Part shown: positions 16,918-25,337 of the stretch, piece after piece
Numbering within the stretch: the first letter of the stretch is position 1
Layout of the letters: each line of letters starts with the position of its first letter
Origin: Nitrospirota bacterium
Lineage (GTDB): Bacteria > Nitrospinota_A > UBA7883 > JAJRTC01
Assembly (NCBI GenBank): GCA_024278445.1
Contig: JAJRTC010000202.1
Location: forward strand, 1 to 43,126
Direction of reading: 5' to 3'
Length of the DNA: 43,126 nt
Program-made: the position numbers and the translations under genes
The notes under the pieces: model-generated
Seen by the model: only the letters and a program-made list of their open reading frames with translations
Databases searched by the model: none
Told to the model about the DNA's origin: nothing

Positions 16918-18507
16918 CTACTTGGCGGGTGCCTTTCCCAGATGGGTTTTCAGGCGCTCGATAGATTTATCCAGCCCCAGCAAGACGACAAAACTGCCAA
17001 TTTTCGGGCCGGACGATTGCTTTAAAAACACAAGGTAGAGGGTTTTGAACCACTGCTTCATGTTTATATCACGCTCTTTGGCGGCACGAAACGACATGTT
17101 CTGTATAACGTCCGCTTCCGGCTTGTCGCCTGCGTTTTTCAGCTTTTCTAGCTCTTCGCAAAAAGCCAAGATAGCCTCGTCATAATCTCTTGACGGCTCT
17201 TCATCTACCTTGCGGGCAAGATAAACTTCTTTGTAATACTTCAAAACCTCGGCTATAAGCTGGTTAAAATATTCCATGTTCTCCGCTATCTTCGGCTGAT
17301 ACTTTAAAAGATATTCGCGCACGATGGCAGGATCCGTTTCGTTTAAGGCTAAAACGAGGTTGTATATCATTGAATAGTTGACGGCCTTATCGTCTCCCAT
17401 GGCGACGGCGTGAGCCCCTTTGGACAAGCGCGTGATAAACGTAACGGGAGAATCTACGGTTTCGCCGTCATATTTCGCCACAAGCTCAAGGTACTGGTCG
17501 ATAATTTTTGGCAGTAACGGCAAACCCATCTTTTTTGTTTGCTGAGGTTTTATGTACATAAAATAGAGGAGCGAATCTACAGGGCCATAGGAGAGCCACT
17601 GGTCGATAGAGACGCCGTTACCTATTTTCTTCGATATTTTTTTGCCATCCTCGTCGAGAAAAAGCTCATATTTAAAAAGCTCAGGCGGCTTGCCGCCAAT
17701 AACGCGGACAAGCTTTTTGGATAACCTGCCAGATTCCATGAGGTCTTCGCCGTGCATCTCGTAATCGACGCCAAGCGAGAACCACCTCAACGCCCAATCG
17801 ACTTTCCAGCCAAGTTTTAAGGTGCCGTCGAATATAGAGACTTCGCCCGTATGGCCGCAAGCGGTATATTTGCCTTCAAGCGACGAGTCGCAAACGTAAG
17901 ACACTTTATAGTTTTCCGTATCGTGGTTCGTCACGCGGGTGGAATATATTTTGCCGCAGTTTTCGCATACAGGAAAAAACGGGCTCCACGCGGCCCTTTT
18001 GTCTTCACTTATAGTTTTGGTAAAAAGTTCTATTATCTTCTGGTTATTGTTCATAACCCGTTTGAGCCCGTCATTGAATGCGCCTGCGGAATACTTTTCG
18101 GTCGATGACGCAAACTCGTATTCAAACCCGAATGAGTTCAGAAACTCCTGCAGTTTCCGGTTCATGTTATGTGCAAAAGATTTTTCTTCGCCGAAAGGAT
18201 CCGGAACGGAAGTTAACGGTTTTCCCAGGTGTTCTATTACCATGTCGCGGTTCGGGATGTTTTTTGGCGCTTCGCGCAACCCGTCCATATCGTCGGAGAA
18301 GGCTATGAGGTGCCGGTCTATCTCTGGCGCGATAATTTCTAGCGCCTTTAGCACAAACGACGTTCTGGCGACTTCGCCAAAGGTGCCTATATGTGGCAGG
18401 CCGGAGGGGCCATATCCTGTTTGGGCCACGACATTAGTTTTACCCAGCCGATCAAGCCTCTCTTTTATCCGCTGAGCCTCAATAAAAGGCCATTCTGTAT
18501 AATTCAT
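16918..18507 (-). CDS. lysK: Lysine--tRNA ligase, class I
   Basis: The class I signature GPSGLPHIGTFGEV (HIGH-type), KISKKIGNG (KMSKS-type), ~530 aa length, and a zinc-like CENCGK motif. Confidence 0.85.
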   Translation of the reverse strand: MNYTEWPFIEAQRIKERLDRLGKTNVVAQTGYGPSGLPHIGTFGEVARTSFVLKALEIIAPEIDRHLIAFSDDMDGLREAPKNIPNRDMVIEHLGKPLTSVPDPFGEEKSFAHNMNRKLQEFLNSFGFEYEFASSTEKYSAGAFNDGLKRVMNNNQKIIELFTKTISEDKRAAWSPFFPVCENCGKIYSTRVTNHDTENYKVSYVCDSSLEGKYTACGHTGEVSIFDGTLKLGWKVDWALRWFSLGVDYEMHGEDLMESGRLSKKLVRVIGGKPPELFKYELFLDEDGKKISKKIGNGVSIDQWLSYGPVDSLLYFMYIKPQQTKKMGLPLLPKIIDQYLELVAKYDGETVDSPVTFITRLSKGAHAVAMGDDKAVNYSMIYNLVLALNETDPAIVREYLLKYQPKIAENMEYFNQLIAEVLKYYKEVYLARKVDEEPSRDYDEAILAFCEELEKLKNAGDKPEADVIQNMSFRAAKERDINMKQWFKTLYLVFLKQSSGPKIGSFVVLLGLDKSIERLKTHLGKAPAK

Positions 18508-18583
18508 GTTTTCCTGTGAAAATAAAAAGGAATCATTCTAGCATGTGAAACGGCGAAAACCACCCAGGCGCTAAAAATATGCC

Positions 18584-18635
18584 AGTGGGTCAGTTTGGTC
18601 ATTCTGAGACAAAGGCGAAGAATCTCGAATTACAT
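18584..18635. repeat. Half copy of the inverted-repeat family, with terminal motif
   Basis: AGTGGGTCAGTTTG + GTCATTCTGAGACAAAGGCGAAGAATCTCGAATTACA, nearly identical in layout to 28723-28775. Confidence 0.7.
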
Positions 18636-18805
18636 GTGGCAACTTCCTTTTTATGTAATTCACCTGCTATCTTCTCCTTCTGGCGGGTTATCCGCCTTGT
18701 CACTATGCATGGTAAGGCAGGTTTCGATCTGATTAAACAGGAGGTGGAGGAAAAGTAGCAAAAGAAGAATTGGAGGGATATGGGGGATGTTGCGCTTTGT
18801 AAAAA

Positions 18806-18848
18806 ACAGGAAAAGTTGTCATCGTTAATGGATGACAACTTTTCCTGT
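18806..18848. other. Perfect 18-bp inverted repeat with 7-nt loop (stem-loop of unknown function)
   Basis: ACAGGAAAAGTTGTCATC (18806-18823), loop GTTAATG, GATGACAACTTTTCCTGT (18831-18848). Confidence 0.85.
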
Positions 18849-18961
18849 CACCATGAGCCTGTCGAAGAATCTCACAACTATTTGGCGAGATTCTTCGTCA
18901 CCTGACGGCTCCTCAGAATGACAACGTTAACTTTGTCATCCTGAACGCAGTGAAGGATCTC
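18847..18961. repeat. Composite or degenerate copies of the inverted-repeat family
   Basis: A degenerate arm GTCACCATGAGCCTGTCGAAGAATCTC, an inverted arm GAGATTCTTCGTCACCTGACGGCTCCTCAGAATGAC (18887-18922), and an extra arm GTCATCCTGAACGCAGTGAAGGATCTC (18935-18961). Confidence 0.65.
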
Positions 18962-19226
18962 AACAATAATTCTATAAAACAGGTGTAAAGAAACCTGACA
19001 CCTGTTTCTTGCAAAAACTGGACTGTTTTGCATATCCTTTTGAAATACAACAGGTTATCGCTAAAATGGCGGTTGCGGACAGCTGTAAAGAAAGTTTACG
19101 GCTAAATATCTACATCCTTACGCCGTGTGCGTTAAACATGATGTGCCACCATGTAACTATCGGATATTATAGCTGTTACACATCTGGCTGGTCGATTTGG
19201 GGCACCGTAAAAACCTTTTACACCCG

Positions 19227-19550
19227 CTATTTTACAAGTTTCATCTCTTCGGGGAAGCTTGTGGAGAACGTAAAATTTTTCACCACGCCGTTTTCATCAA
19301 AAACGATATAAAGGTCTTTTACCATCATCTTTCCGCCAACAGACGACTTTGAATAGTTATAGATCCACGTAGTGTCGCCGTTATCAACTCCGGTCATGTA
19401 AGGATAGCCGAACCAGCCATGTATTTGCGATCTTGTCGTGGAGTTTTTCTTAATGTTTTTTGTAGCATCCGCCGAAAAGTTTTTGCCGGTAGATACGCAT
19501 CCTGCACTAAAAAGCGATAGCAAAGCCAGAACGATAATAGTTTTTTTCAT
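19227..19550 (-). CDS. Outer-membrane lipoprotein, SmpA/OmlA (BamE-like) fold
   Basis: Lipobox LFSAGC, ~107 aa, and a pattern (TRSQIHGWFGYP...TTWIYNY...YIVFDENGVV) like the BamE family. Confidence 0.5.
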   Translation of the reverse strand: MKKTIIVLALLSLFSAGCVSTGKNFSADATKNIKKNSTTRSQIHGWFGYPYMTGVDNGDTTWIYNYSKSSVGGKMMVKDLYIVFDENGVVKNFTFSTSFPEEMKLVK

Positions 19551-20335
19551 TTTTTTACCATTTGAGCGACGTTCAAATCCGGCAGTGAGGAGCGGGCCAT
19601 GTCACGCTCTTCCCCCGTTAAGTTTCCCTTGATGAAGGTTATATCATAAAGGCTCTCAAACGCACGTATTAGTGCCTTTTCAAGCGTTTTGGCCGATATT
19701 GGCGTTTCTGTAAAATCGTTGATCCCGCCCATCCGCTTTTTTGTTTTTTCAATCTCCATGGGACTCTCCCATCGAACGCAGGCAAGGTTACGCTCAACGT
19801 CGTTCGATAGCGAAATAAAACCATGTTGCATGGCGGCGTTTTTTAGCCGTCTCTGGGCAGAACCTGTCACCTTGCGCCCATCTGCGATGATCTCGTATTT
19901 TGTTTTCGTGGCAAAACAGGAGCCCGCGCCACGGAAGCCGGTTTCGCAAGCGTCAGCGTCAACACTAACCCCGACATCCGCCAAGGTTTTTTTTAACGTC
20001 GCCGAGATAAATGTGTAAATATCTCTCAACGAGCCGTAACGAGAACTAGCGGCGGGAATGGTAACGGAATAAGTGACCTCGTCGTCGTGAAGTAGCGCCC
20101 GTCCGCCGGTCGGCCGCCTTATCACCGGTATTCCGTTTTGCTCTATGTACTCAAGGTTTAAGTCGTCATGACTTTGGGCGTAGCCTGTAGTCAGCGTAGG
20201 TTCTTCCCAACCGTAAAGCCTTAGTGTAGGGGTATCTGAAAGCCCCCGGTCGAGAGATGCGAGAAGAGCCGAGTCTACCGCCATGTTCCATGCCCCGCTC
20301 TTCTGCGAGTCAACAATCAGCCGCCACTTTTCCAT
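19547..20335 (-). CDS. Lipoate-protein ligase / octanoyltransferase family protein (BPL_LplA_LipB domain)
   Basis: NMAVDSALL, RRPTGGRALLHDDEVTYS and GRKVTGSAQRR. Confidence 0.8.
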   Translation of the reverse strand: MEKWRLIVDSQKSGAWNMAVDSALLASLDRGLSDTPTLRLYGWEEPTLTTGYAQSHDDLNLEYIEQNGIPVIRRPTGGRALLHDDEVTYSVTIPAASSRYGSLRDIYTFISATLKKTLADVGVSVDADACETGFRGAGSCFATKTKYEIIADGRKVTGSAQRRLKNAAMQHGFISLSNDVERNLACVRWESPMEIEKTKKRMGGINDFTETPISAKTLEKALIRAFESLYDITFIKGNLTGEERDMARSSLPDLNVAQMVKK

Positions 20336-20353
20336 TTTAACTTAAGGGAGCCT

Positions 20354-20707
20354 CTAATAAAGCGATTTAATTCCACGCTCCCCCGTTCGTATCCTCAAAG
20401 CGTCGTCCAACGGGATAATAAATATCTTGCCGTCCCCCAGAGAGCCTGTTCTGCAAACTTCGCTGAGAGTTGCCACAAGATCATCGCAATCCTTGTCATC
20501 CACCGCCACTTCGACCATAATCCTTTTTTTGAACTGCGGAAGATAACTTGCGTCGTCTGAACCTGTCGCCTCTACCTGACTTAGCGGTTTGCCGATTCCA
20601 AGAGCGTCCATCACAGACATCCCCGGCGCACCTGCCTCAAACAGTTTTTCCCGGATATCGTCCAGGTTCTCAATGCGGGTATAACAGCGGATCAGCTTCA
20701 TTAACAT
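20354..20707 (-). CDS. P-II family signal-transduction protein with atypical T-loop
   Basis: ~117 aa with the C-terminal GDGKIFIIPLDDALRIRTGERG. The T-loop region GIGKPLSQVEATGSDDASYLPQFKK is unlike the canonical GlnB/GlnK loop. Confidence 0.7.
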   Translation of the reverse strand: MLMKLIRCYTRIENLDDIREKLFEAGAPGMSVMDALGIGKPLSQVEATGSDDASYLPQFKKRIMVEVAVDDKDCDDLVATLSEVCRTGSLGDGKIFIIPLDDALRIRTGERGIKSLY

Positions 20708-20782
20708 ACCTTACCAGATCGTGATACGCAGATTATACCAGAGGTTGCGCATGTTAATGACAGGTTCCGGCCCGATTATCGC

Positions 20783-21643
20783 CTATGTCACTCTCTGTTT
20801 CAGCCATTTAACCATTATATTGAATGCGTTACGGCTAAAATAAAACCCTGAATGCCCCGTGCCGGCAATCTCCGCATTCTCATCTGCAAAGGAATGTTCG
20901 CAATTGGTATAGGGCAAAACAAGCTGGTCGTACTTCGAAAAAACCGAAAGTAACGGCGCGTTTATTTTGGTAGATATCATCTCGGCGAACATAGGGTTTG
21001 AAGGGTGCAGGTTACGGGCAAAAGGTGTGAGCGAAAGCACGGTAAGCCTCGACCCGCGAAACGGAGCCGCAAGAGCCACCACGGCGCGTATCTCGTCTTC
21101 GCCATACTCCATCGCATATTTGTAAGCTATCAACCCTCCCGCGCTATGCCCTATTAACACCGTTTCCTTTACGCCGGTTTCAGATTTTATCCGCAGAATC
21201 ATGTCACGCAGTTTTTCTGCGGCGCTCTCCACGTTCAGTTTTTTACGGTTGTATCCGAAGGTGACCACGTTTTCGATATCGTTATCATAAAACCTTTTTT
21301 TCATCAGCCAGAAGTGATCCTCAGAAGCCATGTATCCGTGAATCAACACAACCAGCGGTTTATCTTTGTTAAGGGGTGCCGGCGGGTCGTTACGCAACCA
21401 ACGTAACGGTTTTATAAATATGGCATGCGCAATGACCGTAGCCGTGTAAAGCCATGAATAAAAACATTCCATGAAAAACGACCGAACCGGCGAGGCGTTA
21501 TCCGCCCACATTGCGCTAAACCACGTCTGATCTTTGTCGTAATTCCTGTTGGAAACCTCATACCAGCGGAAGGCGTAATGTGCGCCCTCACTCACTATCG
21601 TAAGAATAGCGGCAATGGCAAAGGCGATAGCCAAATAAATCAT
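20783..21643 (-). CDS. Alpha/beta hydrolase (lipase/esterase-like) with N-terminal membrane anchor
   Basis: VVLIHGY, nucleophile elbow GHSAGG, and a late GTGH. Confidence 0.7.
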   Translation of the reverse strand: MIYLAIAFAIAAILTIVSEGAHYAFRWYEVSNRNYDKDQTWFSAMWADNASPVRSFFMECFYSWLYTATVIAHAIFIKPLRWLRNDPPAPLNKDKPLVVLIHGYMASEDHFWLMKKRFYDNDIENVVTFGYNRKKLNVESAAEKLRDMILRIKSETGVKETVLIGHSAGGLIAYKYAMEYGEDEIRAVVALAAPFRGSRLTVLSLTPFARNLHPSNPMFAEMISTKINAPLLSVFSKYDQLVLPYTNCEHSFADENAEIAGTGHSGFYFSRNAFNIMVKWLKQRVT

Positions 21644-21852
21644 ACAGACCGTCCGAACGCGACAAATACAAGGCCGCCAATCATAAGTCCAAAGCCTATA
21701 TACCTCAGTGTGCGCGGCTCGGCAGACAGGATAATCTCCGCCATCTCTTTTACCTTCTTCGGCATGGTGAAATATGGTATCCCCTCAAGGATCATTACCA
21801 CGCCTATTATAGTCATGAACGTTTTCAAGGTTTGGCTCCAAATATGGTTCAA
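21640..21852 (-). CDS. DUF2065 family small membrane protein
   Basis: VMILEGIPYFTMPKKVKE...LRYIGFGLMIGGLVF. It has a 4-nt overlap with the downstream hydrolase gene. Confidence 0.6.
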   Translation of the reverse strand: MNHIWSQTLKTFMTIIGVVMILEGIPYFTMPKKVKEMAEIILSAEPRTLRYIGFGLMIGGLVFVAFGRSV

Positions 21853-21954
21853 CTCAGATGTAGATTATACAGCTTGGGAAACTTTATAAAAGAGTGCAGG
21901 CAATTAAGTTGAACATTAGAACCTGATAGGCTATTATCAACCGTTCCGAAATGG

Positions 21955-22032
21955 GCGCCCGTAGCTCAGCCCGGATAGAGCGCTTGATTGCGGTTCAAAA
22001 GGTCACAGGTTCGAATCCTGTCGGGCGCACCA
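21955..22032 (+). tRNA. tRNA-Arg, anticodon read as GCG, with encoded CCA
   Basis: Manual cloverleaf. Acceptor GCGCCCG/CGGGCGC, D arm GCTC-AGCCCGGATA-GAGC, anticodon arm CTTGA-TTGCGGT-TCAAA (one C-A mismatch), variable AGGTC, T arm ACAGG-TTCGAAT-CCTGT, and A-CCA. Confidence 0.85.
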
Positions 22033-22147
22033 CTACTAGGCTTTTTATTTGCGCTACCACGCCGATAGCTAACGAAAGCCAATCAAAACGGCTTACAATG
22101 CTGTTTTCACCTGCCTCACCACTACCAGGCCTTTTATTTGCGCTACC
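22028..22147 (+). repeat. Pair of 31-nt direct repeats (29/31 identical), the first starting in the tRNA 3' end
   Basis: CACCACTACTAGGCTTTTTATTTGCGCTACC (22028-22058) and CACCACTACCAGGCCTTTTATTTGCGCTACC (22117-22147). Confidence 0.8.
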
Positions 22148-22187
22148 GCCAGCCATAAAGCCATACTAATAGCCGTATATAAATGTT

Positions 22188-22901
22188 TTAAGCAACTTTT
22201 ACGCTACGGCGATAATTTCTAATCTTGAGTTGTACATTAAAACCCAAGGTTTTGTACAAACGCTCACCGGCGACAGAGGCTTGAAGCGTCAAATACCTTG
22301 CAGGCATTTGGCGACTCCGCTTAATAACGTCTTTCATAAGCTTATAGGCAATGCCTTGCCCCCGATATTCCGGCAACACACCCATTTGATGTACGCCCAT
22401 AATATCTGCCGTTATAAAAAGAAGCGCCGTCGCAACCGGGCGATTGCCGATATACGCCATTAATAGCTGTATATCGGGGTTAACGGCTATTTTTTGGATA
22501 ACCGCTTTATCTACCTCATACCCGAATGAACGAGCGGCAATATCCACCCATGCCTGAATATCCCGCTCTGAACCGATTGATGTTACCTCAAGGTCGGATG
22601 GCCTCATGACCGGGCAGTTTTCCAAATCCAGATACATCGCGGTTTGCTCAAAAAGAACTGCAAACCCGCTATCGTCCAACAAACCTGAAAAATTGTCTGT
22701 AAATACGCTTGGCCCCGTCCACACGGGTATAACGAAGTTATTTGGCATTTTAGCGATGCTACGAGTAGTTATTGACATTTCAGCAACAAAAAGTTCGGGT
22801 TCCAGCCAACAACGATTCGGCCATCCAAGAGACATTCCAAACTTTTCCATACCCTCTAAAAAGCATGTTTTATCCCCCATTTGTTGCCAGAGCCGGGTCA
22901 A
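22188..22901 (-). CDS. GNAT family N-acetyltransferase
   Basis: C-terminal acetyl-CoA motif VHQMGVLPEYRGQGIAYKLM. Confidence 0.75.
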   Translation of the reverse strand: MTRLWQQMGDKTCFLEGMEKFGMSLGWPNRCWLEPELFVAEMSITTRSIAKMPNNFVIPVWTGPSVFTDNFSGLLDDSGFAVLFEQTAMYLDLENCPVMRPSDLEVTSIGSERDIQAWVDIAARSFGYEVDKAVIQKIAVNPDIQLLMAYIGNRPVATALLFITADIMGVHQMGVLPEYRGQGIAYKLMKDVIKRSRQMPARYLTLQASVAGERLYKTLGFNVQLKIRNYRRSVKVA

Positions 22902-23088
22902 ATTTTAAATGTTTGCCATTTTAAGTTGCATATCATTCATAACCTTATTCCACGTTGATTGGGATAATAGCGGCAGTCAATCCGCTATCCCCAACTAATA
23001 ATTTGAAAACCTCGTAATATGCTAGACTTTAAAGGAAGTCTAACAGCAATATTTGTTTACACCATGCGCCGCTGAAATTGTTTTTAAA

Positions 23089-23343
23089 ATGGCCAAAACT
23101 AAGAAAGCATCCAGAACAAAAAAAGACGTAGACACCGCAGTAAATGCACCGCCAGATAAAGCCGAGGACGGGATTAAAAAAATCGGGCGATGTTTCGAAG
23201 TGCCAGGTTGCGACAGCGAACTGGACATGGTGCCTGATAATAGTGCCGACGTACGCCACTTCTACATTGAGCTTTTAGCCGATGGAACCGTTGCGCTGGA
23301 ACTTATAGACGCAAAGGGTGAACCATCCGGCAATATTCTTTAA
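23089..23343 (+). CDS. Hypothetical small protein
   Basis: ORF only (MAKTKKASRTKK... with a basic N-terminus). There is no clear SD. Confidence 0.35.
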   Translation: MAKTKKASRTKKDVDTAVNAPPDKAEDGIKKIGRCFEVPGCDSELDMVPDNSADVRHFYIELLADGTVALELIDAKGEPSGNIL

Positions 23344-23442
23344 GAAGGGGTAGCCCTTAGAAACTTTTCCCTGAAATATAAATCCTGCTCAGAACATGAC
23401 TGCCCCCTCCAGTCGAAAACCGTAGACGAAATAGCCAAAAAG

Positions 23443-24165
23443 ATGTCTCAAACCCGCGCCAACATGGCTGAGGAACATCTTAAGAATAACGAGTTTGAGA
23501 AGGCTGAGGAAAAGTTCAAACGTAGCCTCAAGTTTGATGAAAATAATATGCAGGCGCTGGTAGGCCTTGGCAAAACCCATATGGAGCAAGACAGGGTTGA
23601 CGAGGCTATGGCCGTGTTTAAAAAAATAGGCGAGTACAACTCCCTGTATGAAGAGTCTAACAAACATACTTTCAATGATTTTGCGATCTATCTCCGAAAA
23701 AACGAGTTAATCGACCAGGCAATTGAAAATTATGAAAAGGCGATAATGCTCGACCCGCAAGATGAAATTCTCTACTACAACCTGGGCCGGGCCAAATGGG
23801 AGAACCAAGAGATGCAGGCGGCTATACAAAAACTCAGGGAAGGGCTTAAAATAGCCGACGATAAAAAGCGTAAATTGGCTGAAAACCCAAACGCCACAGA
23901 TAAAAATGGTGACGAGCTTGAAGAGAAAAAGTACCTAATGGAATCGGCCGACGTAGCTACACGAATTCTTGATTTCTATATGAAAAGTGAAAAGGAGATG
24001 CTGGAACAACTTTTCAGCAACCAGAAAGATGAAGATACCACAGCCGATAGCGCATCCCCTGGGGCAACCTCACACACGAAACGGGGTGAAAGCAAAGATG
24101 GTGAAGCCGTTGAAACCGGGCCTCCGACCAAGACGGTTAAAAGTAATATCACTTTAGACAAATAG
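23443..24165 (+). CDS. Tetratricopeptide-repeat protein
   Basis: Repeated TPR-like helices (ALVGLGKTHMEQDRVDEAMAVFKK, YEKAIMLDPQDEILYYNLGRA) and an acidic C-terminal tail. Confidence 0.7.
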   Translation: MSQTRANMAEEHLKNNEFEKAEEKFKRSLKFDENNMQALVGLGKTHMEQDRVDEAMAVFKKIGEYNSLYEESNKHTFNDFAIYLRKNELIDQAIENYEKAIMLDPQDEILYYNLGRAKWENQEMQAAIQKLREGLKIADDKKRKLAENPNATDKNGDELEEKKYLMESADVATRILDFYMKSEKEMLEQLFSNQKDEDTTADSASPGATSHTKRGESKDGEAVETGPPTKTVKSNITLDK

Positions 24166-24176
24166 GAAATCTGGCC

Positions 24177-24334
24177 GTGGGTCAGTTTGCGTATTATTGT
24201 CATGCTGAGCCTGTTCGATTCACTTTATTCACTCAAGGCGGGCTCCGCGAAGTATCTTAAATCTATTATTATAGTATCGGGTGTGATTCGAGATTCTTCG
24301 CCTTTGGCTCAGAATGACCAAACTAACCCACTAC
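24177..24334. repeat. Full-length copy of the inverted-repeat element with both terminal motifs
   Basis: GTGGGTCAGTTTG...GTCATGCTGAGCCTGTTCGATTCACTTTATTCACTCAAGGCGGGCTCCGCGAAGTATCTT ... GAGATTCTTCGCCTTTGGCTCAGAATGAC+CAAACTAACCCACTAC. Confidence 0.85.
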
Positions 24335-24385
24335 CGAAAATCTTAATATCTTTTGCGATCATCGGTTCTGCGCTAAAATGTAACA

Positions 24386-24640
24386 ATGCACATAATGTTA
24401 AAAAGTATTTCCGCAGGCTTGGCATTACTCTTTTTTCTTGCCTGCTCAACCTCTTTCGCCGGCGATTTTTACCAGTGGAAAGACGCAAATGGCGTGACCC
24501 ACTATGCTGATTCCATCTCCGGTGTTCCGCTTAGGTATCGCACTCAAATAACCGAAGGAAAGTTTAAAAAAAAGCAGGCTGAATCTACCGTCAAACAAAA
24601 CTCCGGAGCGCATCCATCCGGCAAGCAAACAAGCGAGTAA
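24386..24640 (+). CDS. DUF4124 domain protein (secreted)
   Basis: A signal peptide followed by FYQWKDANGVTHYADS. It ends at TAA 24638-24640, in the same frame as the next ORF. Confidence 0.7.
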   Translation: MHIMLKSISAGLALLFFLACSTSFAGDFYQWKDANGVTHYADSISGVPLRYRTQITEGKFKKKQAESTVKQNSGAHPSGKQTSE

Positions 24641-24736
24641 AAGACAAAACTAAAAAAGATAGAGATAAAATACAAGGCATACGAAGGCTCTGCCAGAAGG
24701 ATTATTATCCCCGTTACGTTCAACGGGTCGGTTACA

Positions 24737-25297
24737 GTGCCCATGTTGCTCGATACCGGGGCTCCGGGGCTTGTGATATCACCCAGGCTTGCCAACAAAC
24801 TCGGGCTTTTTAGCAACGACGATGGCAAGCTCTTAACAATGGCGGGCGGCATAGGCGGGTCGGTTCCCGCTGTTTTAACCATAATAGACACGGCATCCGT
24901 TGGCGAAGCTAAAGATACGTTTATTCCGGCAACCATAACCTCGTCCATTTCCGGTTCCTTTGAAGGTTTGGTAGGGATGGATTTTTTGGCGAATTTCTCA
25001 ATAAGCATAGACACAAGGCGTCACATTCTTGTTCTGCAGGAACGGGCTCCTGACAAAAACGAACCTGCCGGCCACGATAAAATATGGTGGAAAATAAACT
25101 TCCGTCAGTTTGCCAATATGCGTTCCGGCTGGTTGCGATATCGTAATTACATAAAAAAGCGCGTAAGCGGACAGAGCAACATGGAACGCCTTTTAAAGTT
25201 TGCAGACTTTCAATATCGGCAGGCAGACAAGCTTTTCCGCAAGCTGGAACAATACGCAGGTTACAATTCCGTTCCAACGCACTGGCGGAAATATTAA
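24737..25297 (+). CDS. Retropepsin-like (clan AA) aspartic protease domain protein; the domain sequence starts upstream of any canonical start codon
   Basis: MLLDTGAPGLVIS (DTGA active site) and LVGMDFL. The same frame is open back to 24641 and encodes RRIIIPVTFNGSVTVP, the first strands of the fold. No ATG/GTG/TTG occurs before GTG 24737. Confidence 0.65.
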   Translation: MPMLLDTGAPGLVISPRLANKLGLFSNDDGKLLTMAGGIGGSVPAVLTIIDTASVGEAKDTFIPATITSSISGSFEGLVGMDFLANFSISIDTRRHILVLQERAPDKNEPAGHDKIWWKINFRQFANMRSGWLRYRNYIKKRVSGQSNMERLLKFADFQYRQADKLFRKLEQYAGYNSVPTHWRKY

Positions 25298-25337
25298 AAC
25301 CCGTAACCCGTTATACAGATAAGGAAGTTAAACAATA

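Noticed and set aside
19009-19311. A 100-aa plus-strand ORF overlapping the 3' end of the BamE-like lipoprotein gene.
   Set aside because: Its translation is Cys/Tyr-rich and odd, it has no SD, and it overlaps a better-supported lipoprotein gene on the opposite strand.
21951-22169. A 72-aa plus-strand ORF overlapping the tRNA locus.
   Set aside because: It is a translation of the tRNA-Arg gene and its repeated trailer, and has no coding signal.
21955-23343. An integrated prophage or genomic island at the tRNA-Arg gene.
   Set aside because: There is no integrase, phage or conjugation gene. Only a close pair of 31-nt direct repeats and a GNAT gene are present. It is kept only as a low-interest att-scar hypothesis.
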